64,000 bases of DNA from Eubacteriales bacterium (lineage in GTDB: Bacteria; Bacillota; Clostridia; Oscillospirales; CAG-272). This document shows positions 36,810-45,317 of this stretch, piece after piece. Within the stretch, counting starts at the first letter, position 1, and every line of letters starts with the position of its first letter. The translations under genes and the position numbers were made by a program. The DNA lies in assembly GCA_045611965.1 (NCBI GenBank), contig JAZKYE010000012.1, forward strand, positions 1,512 to 65,511. Reading direction: 5' to 3'. A model generated the notes under the pieces. The model was not told the DNA's origin. It ran no database searches and saw nothing but the letters and a program-made list of their open reading frames with translations.

Positions 36810-37796
36810 TTAATCAACGTCCTCAAGCACCTTCTCGGGTGACTTGTCAAGCATCTCGGGGTGAAGAAGATACCTTTTGAGCCTCTTGAACGCAGACGCA
36901 TAGTAGTAACCGTCGCAGATACGCTCATCGGTAACGACCTTCAGGGTGACGAAGTGGTGTCTTTCGCGCGTTCCGTCGCGCTTGATAGCATCGCCGGTAA
37001 ATATGCTGCCGTAGGAAATGAATACGGGAAGCGTACCAAAGTCGTAAATGTGGTGATAAATGGCAGGGATTCCGAGCGAGCCCATTGATGTGATAATCAT
37101 TGAGCCGTGGAAGGGGCTTACGTTAAGAAGCGCCTTGGGAAGCCAGCCCATATAATCAAGACCGAAGAGAAGCTTTACGATAGCTCTGATAATAAATCCT
37201 GGGATTTTAGTCAGCTTTCTTGCGGTGTTGTCAAAGTCGTTGTTTTCCTGTGCAAGCGCGTCCTTGACAACCTTTCTGAACTTCTTATATACGTTGTATA
37301 TATTATCACGAGGGTCGAACTCAACCTTGATACAGGTGTCGGGCGATTCGAGCGACATTTCCTTCTTAATAGTCATCGTGCACTCGATATTGTTTCTTGC
37401 GTAAATCTTTCTGCCTGCAATAAAGCGGTTGATACCGGGGCGCTCGGAAACTACTCTGACATACGCGGCGAGAATGACGTGAAGAATGGTCATATCCGTA
37501 TAACCCTCTTTGTGCTTCTCGTCAAGGTATCTTTCAACGTTTGAAATGTCAATTACATCCTCAAAGAAGTTCTGACCGTCAGAGCGCTTTTTCATTATGT
37601 AGGGCATAAAGACATTCATAGGGGGAATAGTGCGAAGCTTTCTTCCCTCTTTTCTATCACCCCATCTTTTCTTTCTCGGCTTGTAAGCGGGTGTGTCGTA
37701 GGTTTCAATGGGTGTGTTTCTTATATCAATCTTTTCTTCCTTAACCTCGGTGGCTTCGGCGGCAGTATTTTCTTTTTCAATTACGCTTGCGCTCAT
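36810..37796 (-). CDS. 2-oxoacid dehydrogenase E2/CAT-like acyltransferase-fold protein without a lipoyl domain
   Basis: 328 aa. The C-terminal region aligns by eye with the E2 catalytic domain, but the DHRxxDG motif reads DERICDG. Confidence 0.55.
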   Translation of the reverse strand: MSASVIEKENTAAEATEVKEEKIDIRNTPIETYDTPAYKPRKKRWGDRKEGRKLRTIPPMNVFMPYIMKKRSDGQNFFEDVIDISNVERYLDEKHKEGYTDMTILHVILAAYVRVVSERPGINRFIAGRKIYARNNIECTMTIKKEMSLESPDTCIKVEFDPRDNIYNVYKKFRKVVKDALAQENNDFDNTARKLTKIPGFIIRAIVKLLFGLDYMGWLPKALLNVSPFHGSMIITSMGSLGIPAIYHHIYDFGTLPVFISYGSIFTGDAIKRDGTRERHHFVTLKVVTDERICDGYYYASAFKRLKRYLLHPEMLDKSPEKVLEDVD

Positions 37797-37989
37797 ATTT
37801 TAAGTCCTTTTCTTTATAAATATTTTGAGCAATACTGAATTATTATAACACAGTTCGACCAAACAGTCAAGTAAATTGTTAATAATTGATGTATAAACAC
37901 CTATAAAGCAGAAAAAATCTTACGTCTTTGGCATCAGACGGGGCTATCGCAGGAATTTTGCGATAGCCCCATTTTTTTTATATAAAAAT

Positions 37990-40071
37990 TTATGTGTTGG
38001 CTTTAGCCTCTGCGATTACCTTATCGGCGAGGTTCTGAGGAACTTCCTCATACCTTATAAAGTCGAGGTCAAAGCGGCCTCTGCCCTGCGTTGCCGCGCG
38101 AAGGGCGATAACATAATCGCCAAGTTCAGAGAACGGCGCTTCTGCTATAACCACCTGCGTACCAAGACCGTCCTCGGCAGGCTCTATACCCATAACTCTA
38201 CCGCGACGCTTTGGAAGGTCGCCCATAACGTCACCCACGTAGTTATCGGGCACGTAAACCTTAAGTGTTCCTACAGGCTCAAGAAGAATGGGGTTAGCCT
38301 TGGGAAGTCCCTCACGGTATGCAAGTCCTGCGGCAAGCTTGAAGGATATTTCGTTAGAGTCAACGTCGTGGTATGAGCCGTCATAAAGCTCTGCCGCAAG
38401 GTTAACAACGGGATAGCCTGCAAGCACACCCTTCTGCATACAGTCGCGAAGTCCCTGCTCTACCGCCGGGAAGAAGTTCTTAGGTACTGCACCACCGAAT
38501 ACGCTTTCAGTAAAGGTAAGTCCCTCGTTCTCACCTCTTGAGAAGCGGATTTTTACGTGACCGTACTGACCTGAGCCGCCCGACTGCTTCTTGTGCTTGC
38601 CCTCAACGTCAGCCTTACCCTTGATGGTTTCTCTATACGCAATTTTCGGTTTAGCAAGAATTACGTTTGCGCCAAATCTTGCGCGAAGCTTTGCGACGAT
38701 AATATCAAGGTGAATATCGCCAAGTCCAGAGAGCAGAAGCTGCTTGGTTTCGGCATTATTCTCGTATGCAACGGTAAGATCCTCTTCGAGTATTCTTGCA
38801 ATACCGCCTGAAATCTTATCCTCGTCACCCTTTGCCGCGGGGGCAACAGCCATCTTGTAGTAGGGCTTGGGAAATTCGATAGGTGCGTAAGGAATAGCAT
38901 TCTGCGCGCTTGCGAGAGTATCGTTGGTATTAGCGCCTGAAAGCTTGGCAATTACACCGATGTCACCGCACGCAAACTCGTCGATGTCGAGCTGCTTCTT
39001 TCCTCGCATCATAAATACCTTGCCTATCTTTTCAGAAGCGCCCGTGCGAAGATTTTTGAGCACCATATCACGGCGAAGCTCACCGTTCATAACCTTAAAG
39101 AAGGACATTTTACCAACGAACGGGTCTGCAACGGTCTTGAAGATAAAGATAGACGTATCAGCGCTATCGGTGTCAATAGCAACCTCGACAGCCCCACCGT
39201 CCTTGCCAACGCCAAGCTCGCATCCTCTTGCGGTAGGACGTGGGAAGGAATGAGCTATCGTATCAAGAAGCGTCTTAATTCCCCAGTTCTTTATAGCCGC
39301 GCCACAGAATACGGGAACGATCTCACCCTTGATAATACCTTCGTGGATAGCCTCGAGAGATTCTTCCCTTGAAATGGGCTCTTCGTTGAAGAACTTATCC
39401 ATAAGGTCGTCAGAGGTCTGCGCTATTGCTTCAAGAAGCATGTTGTGGTACTCGTTGCACACGTCCACAAACTTCTCGGGAATAGGGCTCATAGAATACT
39501 CACCCGTAGTACGCTCAAAGGTATAAACCTTCATATCAATGAGGTTGGCAAAGCCGATAACTGTATCACCGTCAATAATCGGAATCTGTATGGGACATAC
39601 GGTTACACCGTATTTTTCTCTTATCTGACCGAATACCTTATAAAATCTTGCCTCACCGTCGTCAAAGCGGTTGATGAAGAACGCCTTGGGAATACCTGCC
39701 TTAGTAGCGAGGTTCCAAGCAATTTCCGTACCGACCTCAATGCCTGCCTTGCCGTCAACGACGATAATCGAAGCATCGGCAACTCTGACGCATTGGCGCA
39801 CCTCTGCCTCAAAATCAAAAAAGCCAGGGGTATCAAGTAAATTTATTTTAGTTCCGTTCCAGAGCATAGGTGCGGTGGATGCTGAAATTGAATAACCGCG
39901 CTTAACCTCTTCAGGATCGTAGTCGCAAATGGTGTTTCCGTCGGTAACCGAGCCAAGACGGTCGGTAACGCGTGAGATGTAGAGCATAGACTCTGCAAGA
40001 GATGTCTTGCCACAGTCACCGTGACCTAAAAGAACTACGTTTCGAATGCTTTTTGTAAAAACCTTTTCCAT
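37990..40071 (-). CDS. elongation factor G paralog (EF-G II-like)
   Basis: ATG at 40071 after TAAGGAG. G1 GHGDCGKTS, G3 DTPGFFDF, G4 NRFD, and full five-domain length (693 aa). Not located in an rpsL-rpsG-fusA-tuf context. Confidence 0.82.
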   Translation of the reverse strand: MEKVFTKSIRNVVLLGHGDCGKTSLAESMLYISRVTDRLGSVTDGNTICDYDPEEVKRGYSISASTAPMLWNGTKINLLDTPGFFDFEAEVRQCVRVADASIIVVDGKAGIEVGTEIAWNLATKAGIPKAFFINRFDDGEARFYKVFGQIREKYGVTVCPIQIPIIDGDTVIGFANLIDMKVYTFERTTGEYSMSPIPEKFVDVCNEYHNMLLEAIAQTSDDLMDKFFNEEPISREESLEAIHEGIIKGEIVPVFCGAAIKNWGIKTLLDTIAHSFPRPTARGCELGVGKDGGAVEVAIDTDSADTSIFIFKTVADPFVGKMSFFKVMNGELRRDMVLKNLRTGASEKIGKVFMMRGKKQLDIDEFACGDIGVIAKLSGANTNDTLASAQNAIPYAPIEFPKPYYKMAVAPAAKGDEDKISGGIARILEEDLTVAYENNAETKQLLLSGLGDIHLDIIVAKLRARFGANVILAKPKIAYRETIKGKADVEGKHKKQSGGSGQYGHVKIRFSRGENEGLTFTESVFGGAVPKNFFPAVEQGLRDCMQKGVLAGYPVVNLAAELYDGSYHDVDSNEISFKLAAGLAYREGLPKANPILLEPVGTLKVYVPDNYVGDVMGDLPKRRGRVMGIEPAEDGLGTQVVIAEAPFSELGDYVIALRAATQGRGRFDLDFIRYEEVPQNLADKVIAEAKANT

Positions 40072-40264
40072 ATAGATACTCCTTATATTTGCTTTATAGC
40101 GCCTGCGTTTCGGTTGTTTATCCGTCACAAGACTGCCTATATGCTTAAATTATACAATATTAGGTGCGTAATTTCAATAAAATGCTTTGAATATTTTGCT
40201 TACCGCATGTAGAAATATGGGTGGTTGATTTGTTGAAAATGAACAAAATGTTTGAAAAACAGCG

Positions 40265-40302
40265 CAAAAAAGGGCTGTATAGCCCGACAGAGCCATACAG
40301 CC
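40265..40302 (-). terminator. intrinsic terminator after radA
   Basis: GGCTGTAT...ATACAGCC stem with T6 on the minus strand. Confidence 0.7.
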
Positions 40303-40311
40303 GTAGTATTT

Positions 40312-41676
40312 TTATACGTGTTCCTTAAGGTGCATATGTGCAAGTGCCTCGTAGATATTGTCAACGCCAACGAGCTTGGCGTCCTTTATACTCTCAAGCT
40401 TTGCAGTCATATTTTTTCTCGGCAGAAGAATTTTGGTAAATCCAAGTCTTACCGCCTCGTTAATTCTGTAATCTATGTGCGACACCGCGCGAACCTCGCC
40501 TGCAAGACCTATTTCACCGAAGGCAATAAGGTTGCTTGGAATAATTCTGTCGGTTATACCGCTGATGAGCGACATCGCGATAGACAAATCGGCACTCGGC
40601 TCGTTAAGAGTAATACCGCCTGCGACGTTGAGGTAAACGTCGTTTTCATAGAATTTAAGCCCCATACGCTTTTCAAGAACAGCTATAAGCAGACACATGC
40701 GGTTAAGGTCAAAGCCGTCTGCGGCGCGCTTTCCCTGCGAATATTGAGATTTTGTTACGAGTGACTGAATTTCAGAGATAATAGGCCTCGTTCCCTGCAT
40801 AACACAGCCTGCACATGAGCCGCTTGTGTTTTTCGGGCGCTGGGATACTATCATTTCACTCGGATTTTGTATCTCTACAAGTCCCTTATCGCTCATTTCA
40901 AACACACCGATTTCATTAGTAGAGCCAAAACGGTTCTTAATTGCGCGTATAATTCGGTAAGAGCTTGTTCTTTCGCCCTCAAAATAAAGCACCGCGTCAA
41001 CCATATGCTCAAGCAGCTTCGGTCCTGATATGCTGCCTTCCTTGGTAACGTGACCGACGATAAATACCGCAGCGCCCGAGGTTTTGGCATAATTTATAAG
41101 GCGCAGCGCGCTCTCACGAACCTGCGTCATGCTTCCCTGCGCCGATGCTACACCGTCAGAGAGCATAGTCTGAATAGAGTCGATTATTATAACCTCTGCC
41201 GAAAGTCTTTCTGCCTCGGCAATAACCGTATCCGTATCGTTTACTGTCAGAAGAAATACCTCATCAGACGCAATTCCAAGGCGCTCTGCGCGAAGCTTCA
41301 GCTGTCCTTGCGATTCCTCGCCCGATGCGTAGAGGACGCGCTTGGTATTTCCGAGGCTCTGACAAATCTGTAAAAGCAGAGTTGATTTTCCAATTCCGGG
41401 CTCACCGGAAAGAAGCACGCACGAGCTGTCAACAAGTCCACCGCCAAGCACGCGGTCAAGCTCGGAAAGTCCCGTTCTCGACCTTATGTATTCGGGCATT
41501 TTAAGCTCTGAAAGCTTTTCAGCCTTAACCGACGCCTTGCCGACCGACCTTGCATTTTCATACACCTGCGCTTCTTCAAGCGTGTTCCACGAGCCGCAAT
41601 CAGGACATTTTCCAAGCCATTTTATGCTCTCATAGCCACATTCAGCGCAGATATAGCGCGTTTTACTTCCCTTCAT
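40312..41676 (-). CDS. radA: DNA repair protein RadA
   Basis: Zinc finger CAECGYES...CPDCGSW, Walker A GEPGIGKST, the KNRFG motif, and a Lon-like C-terminal domain. Confidence 0.93.
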   Translation of the reverse strand: MKGSKTRYICAECGYESIKWLGKCPDCGSWNTLEEAQVYENARSVGKASVKAEKLSELKMPEYIRSRTGLSELDRVLGGGLVDSSCVLLSGEPGIGKSTLLLQICQSLGNTKRVLYASGEESQGQLKLRAERLGIASDEVFLLTVNDTDTVIAEAERLSAEVIIIDSIQTMLSDGVASAQGSMTQVRESALRLINYAKTSGAAVFIVGHVTKEGSISGPKLLEHMVDAVLYFEGERTSSYRIIRAIKNRFGSTNEIGVFEMSDKGLVEIQNPSEMIVSQRPKNTSGSCAGCVMQGTRPIISEIQSLVTKSQYSQGKRAADGFDLNRMCLLIAVLEKRMGLKFYENDVYLNVAGGITLNEPSADLSIAMSLISGITDRIIPSNLIAFGEIGLAGEVRAVSHIDYRINEAVRLGFTKILLPRKNMTAKLESIKDAKLVGVDNIYEALAHMHLKEHV

Positions 41677-41693
41677 TTAACGTACCCCAAGCT

Positions 41694-42401
41694 TTATTCA
41701 TTCTCGATATAATCTATAATACCATAAATAATTGCAAAAGACAATTGCTTTTGATATTCTTTTTTCAAAAGCTCTGAAAGCTCTTTTTCATTAGTTAAAA
41801 AGCCACATTCAAGAAGCACCGCAGGATTGGATGAATTTTCAAGAAGATATAGCCCATTTGCCGGCTTTATCGGTCTTTTGTTGCTCGGCTGAAGCCGATT
41901 TACCACGCTGCTCTGTATCGCGCTTGCGAGCCGAGCGCTTCCCTCGGCAAGACCTGAATAGGTTGTGAAGCCCGAGTATCGTCCGTCGGAAAAGCTGTTC
42001 ATATGAATACTTATAAAAACGGCGTTTTCGTAGCTGTTTGCAATTTTTACCCTGTTTTTAAGGTCGTATATCTTACGCATGCCCTTAATATTTTCAGCCT
42101 CGGTGTAGAGCAGTCTGTCGGTTTCTCTCGTCATTACCACCGTAAAGCCGCCCTGCCTTAACCCCTCTGCAATAAGCATTGCAACCGAAAGATTAAGGTC
42201 CTTTTCAAATATATTATCCCTTGCAACCGCGCCAACATCCTCGCCGCCGTGTCCTGCATCTATAATTACCGTCTTATTTACAGGTACGGTTGCCGCGCTT
42301 ACGTAGGAATTAAGCTCACCGACACAAAAAAGCTGAACGCAAAGCAACAACGATAAAGCCAAAGCAAGTGAAATACACCTTAATACAAAAGCTTTTTTCA
42401 T
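41694..42401 (-). CDS. cwlD: N-acetylmuramoyl-L-alanine amidase (Amidase_3), CwlD-like
   Basis: ATG at 42401 after GGGGGT. N-terminal anchor, then IDAGHGGED and SIHMNS motifs. Size and sporulation context fit CwlD. Confidence 0.7.
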   Translation of the reverse strand: MKKAFVLRCISLALALSLLLCVQLFCVGELNSYVSAATVPVNKTVIIDAGHGGEDVGAVARDNIFEKDLNLSVAMLIAEGLRQGGFTVVMTRETDRLLYTEAENIKGMRKIYDLKNRVKIANSYENAVFISIHMNSFSDGRYSGFTTYSGLAEGSARLASAIQSSVVNRLQPSNKRPIKPANGLYLLENSSNPAVLLECGFLTNEKELSELLKKEYQKQLSFAIIYGIIDYIENE

Positions 42402-42458
42402 AAATAAAACCCCCATATACCTACTTTAAGCATATACGGGGATTTTTGATGTTATGAA

Positions 42459-43052
42459 TTATTTTTTGTTTGCTTTTGGAATTATTCTTTTTTCGTGAAG
42501 TCCCATAACGTAGGCAAAATGAACTACGGCAACAGAAATCAGAGGTAAAACCATAAAATAAACGGTTTGTATCAGATAATAAAGGTCAACGTTTGCTTCA
42601 AGCGATGCGGTAAAGCCCTCGATAACACCGAGATACATTGAAATAAATATTCTGAATATCAGGTTAAATACACCGAATGCCGCCTTAAAGCCCTCGCCAA
42701 AGCCGAACATATACGCGCCGTAGAGCAAAAAAGAAATGCCCGTGATGATAAAATTGGGGATATTTGCGAAAAGTGCCATTTTAAGACCGCGGAAGGTAGA
42801 TTTTTCTGCCCTGCCCGCATCAATTCTTATTTTATCGGATGCACCGTATTCCCATACCGCCGTATATATAAGCACGAAGTAGAACAGCAGGCAGAATACG
42901 GAAATAAGCACCTTGACCGTCGTATCCGTCGTTGCACCGTCCTTGCTTATTGAGCCGACAGCGGTGTAAATGAAGAAGGAAAAAATAGCAATACCTATCT
43001 GATTAATAAGCAGTTTTATAATTCCCTCTGAATTTTCCTTTAAAAATCGCAT
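42459..43052 (-). CDS. multi-pass membrane protein, unknown function
   Basis: 197 aa, about 5 hydrophobic segments, SD AGAGGA. Confidence 0.55.
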   Translation of the reverse strand: MRFLKENSEGIIKLLINQIGIAIFSFFIYTAVGSISKDGATTDTTVKVLISVFCLLFYFVLIYTAVWEYGASDKIRIDAGRAEKSTFRGLKMALFANIPNFIITGISFLLYGAYMFGFGEGFKAAFGVFNLIFRIFISMYLGVIEGFTASLEANVDLYYLIQTVYFMVLPLISVAVVHFAYVMGLHEKRIIPKANKK

Positions 43053-43198
43053 ATGTATCCTCTTTTTTAGCTTTATAAAAGTATTGTAGCATAAATAAAA
43101 TTAATTTCAAGCAAATTTTAAAAAGTTTACAGTTTATCCACTAAATTTCCATTAAATTTTGTATAATAGAGGATGAAAAAGACTAAAAGGGGTGCAGC

Positions 43199-44212
43199 AT
43201 GGCAGTATTAACCTTTAAGAGCGAGGAATACCGTCAGTTTCCTGAAATTCTGAAGGAATATTCAAGATATTTAACGGTAATCAAGGGCAACGCTGAAAAG
43301 ACGGTGTGTGAATATCTTCTCGATCTTCGTACGTTTTTCAGATTTTTGAAGGCGCGCGAGCTTGGCTTATCCACCGATGCTGATGATTTTGAGAAGCTTT
43401 CGATAAGCGACCTGACTTTAAGTCAGGTAACGTCGGTCAGAAGCGAGGATATTATCGAATATCTTATGTTTGTCAACTTTGAGCGCAAGAACAGTCCTAC
43501 GACGAGAATGCGGAAATTAAGCGCTCTCCGCTCGCTTTACAAATATATTTGTAACAAAAAAGGATATATGGAAATTGACCCTTGCGCTAACGTTGACGCG
43601 CCGAAGCCTGCAAAAACGCTTCCGAAATATATGACGCTCGACGAGTGTATGTCGCTTCTTGATGCGGTGAAATCGGATGTGGAATCCCCCACCCGAATAC
43701 GCGATTTTGCGATAATCACGCTCTTTTTGAATACCGGTATGCGTCTGTCAGAGCTTTGCGGTCTTAATCTTCAAAGCCTATCGTCCGACCTAAAAACGGT
43801 AAGAGTGCTTGGTAAGGGTAATAAAGAGCGTATGCTCTATATCAACGATATGGCAAGAGAGGCTCTCGAAGAGCATTTAAGGCAGAGGCTTGATGCAAAG
43901 TATATAAGAACCTCGTCAAACGCACTTTTTATCAGCACGAGAGAACAGCGCATCTCGCAAAAGACGGTCCAATGGATGGTACACAAGTATCTGATTATGG
44001 CAGGGCTTGGACACAAAAAGCTCTCAGTACACAAGCTTCGTCATACTGCCGCGACGCTGATGTATCAGACGGGCGAGGTTGATATCAGAGTGTTAAAAGA
44101 GGTCTTAGGACACGAGCAGCTTAACACGACTCAGATATACACTCACGTCGTAAACCGCAATATTGAAATGGCAATTCAGAGTAATCCGCTTTCCTCAAAA
44201 AAGCGCAAATGA
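43199..44212 (+). CDS. tyrosine recombinase, XerC/XerD family
   Basis: N-terminal SAM-like domain. Catalytic motifs GMRLSEL (Arg), HKLRHTAAT (HxxR) and LGHEQLNTTQIYTHV (His/Tyr). Confidence 0.85.
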   Translation: MAVLTFKSEEYRQFPEILKEYSRYLTVIKGNAEKTVCEYLLDLRTFFRFLKARELGLSTDADDFEKLSISDLTLSQVTSVRSEDIIEYLMFVNFERKNSPTTRMRKLSALRSLYKYICNKKGYMEIDPCANVDAPKPAKTLPKYMTLDECMSLLDAVKSDVESPTRIRDFAIITLFLNTGMRLSELCGLNLQSLSSDLKTVRVLGKGNKERMLYINDMAREALEEHLRQRLDAKYIRTSSNALFISTREQRISQKTVQWMVHKYLIMAGLGHKKLSVHKLRHTAATLMYQTGEVDIRVLKEVLGHEQLNTTQIYTHVVNRNIEMAIQSNPLSSKKRK

Positions 44213-44261
44213 TGATTTCTGCCCTATTTTAAATGTGTGAATTTAAATTTTAAGGTGTTTT

Positions 44262-45113
44262 ATGGTTAACAAGCTACAAATCGGAACGAGAATAAAAAAT
44301 CTGCGTAAAGCGCGCGGTCTTACTCAAAACGAGCTTGCTTCGGGTATCGTGACGCGCAATATGCTAAGCTTAATTGAAAAGGGACGCGCCACCCCCTCGC
44401 TTGACGTTCTTTGCGCTCTTTGCGACTCACTTGGGTGCGACGTGTCATACGTGCTTTCGGACAAGGACACCTTCGTGTTTGAAAAGGCGGAAAGGATTTT
44501 AAAGATAAGACAGCTTTTGTCAAACGGCTCGTACTCTCTTTGCCTTGATATTATAAATTCCTTTTCCGATGCCGACGATGAGATTGCTTACGTTGGCGCT
44601 ATCTGCTCGTACAAGCTTGGAAAGGAATGTGTTCTCGCAGGAAAGCTGAAGCGCGCTATCGAGCATTTCAAAGAGCTTGACAGATTTGCAAAGGGCACGG
44701 TATATCCTACCGATACCTATACCAACTTTTCAAAGCTTTATATTGCCGTCGCAAAGAATATTCAGACGCCCCTAATTGAATTTGATACCGATTTCTTCAA
44801 GAGCTCTTACTTATATAATGATGAATTTGAGTTTTTCAAGTATATCAGTGGCGACTATGAATTTCCATATACAAATCCCCTGCTTTCCCGCCACGCAAGC
44901 GCAAGGGGGCTTATCAAGGGCAGAAAATACAAGGAAGCGCTTGAAATACTCTTTGAAATTGCGGATAACAAGAAAAAATACGGCTATAACTCTCACGTAA
45001 TTTTTTCGGTATATTCAGACATTGAATACGTTATGCGTGAGCTTTCAGACTTTGAGGGGGCGTACAGATATTCCTCAAAGCGTCTTTCTATGCTCAGCAG
45101 CTTCAATTATTAA
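44262..45113 (+). CDS. XRE-family HTH regulator with a ~220-aa helical-repeat C-terminal domain
   Basis: N-terminal IGTRIKNLRKARGLTQNELA...LSLIEKGRATPSL HTH. The C-terminal part is all-helical, TPR/RNPP-like by composition. Confidence 0.7.
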   Translation: MVNKLQIGTRIKNLRKARGLTQNELASGIVTRNMLSLIEKGRATPSLDVLCALCDSLGCDVSYVLSDKDTFVFEKAERILKIRQLLSNGSYSLCLDIINSFSDADDEIAYVGAICSYKLGKECVLAGKLKRAIEHFKELDRFAKGTVYPTDTYTNFSKLYIAVAKNIQTPLIEFDTDFFKSSYLYNDEFEFFKYISGDYEFPYTNPLLSRHASARGLIKGRKYKEALEILFEIADNKKKYGYNSHVIFSVYSDIEYVMRELSDFEGAYRYSSKRLSMLSSFNY

Positions 45114-45156
45114 TTAGTATAAGAATAAATTTAATTAAGATTTAGTTCAAATCACC

Positions 45157-45185
45157 TTGACATTGTATAAATTTGGTGGTATATT
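45157..45185 (+). promoter_or_regulatory. sigma-A type promoter for the decarboxylase cluster
   Basis: TTGACA-17 nt-TATATT with a TGG extended -10. Confidence 0.55.
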
Positions 45186-45317
45186 ATATTTAGTGAAATT
45201 TGGGCTTTTGGCAGTTATTGCTATTTTTTAACTATGTTAAAGTCAGATTTCGCAGCTATTAAACAGTAATAAAAAAGGAAGGAGAGATTTGCTACAAGAG
45301 CAAATCAAAATTTCGGT

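Noticed and set aside
45193-45231. 12-codon hydrophobic ORF (MKFGLLAVIAIF) as a signalling pro-peptide or leader peptide.
   Set aside because: It has a GTG start with no SD, sits at the predicted +1 of the operon promoter, and is very short. It is mentioned under the regulator finding but not called as a gene.
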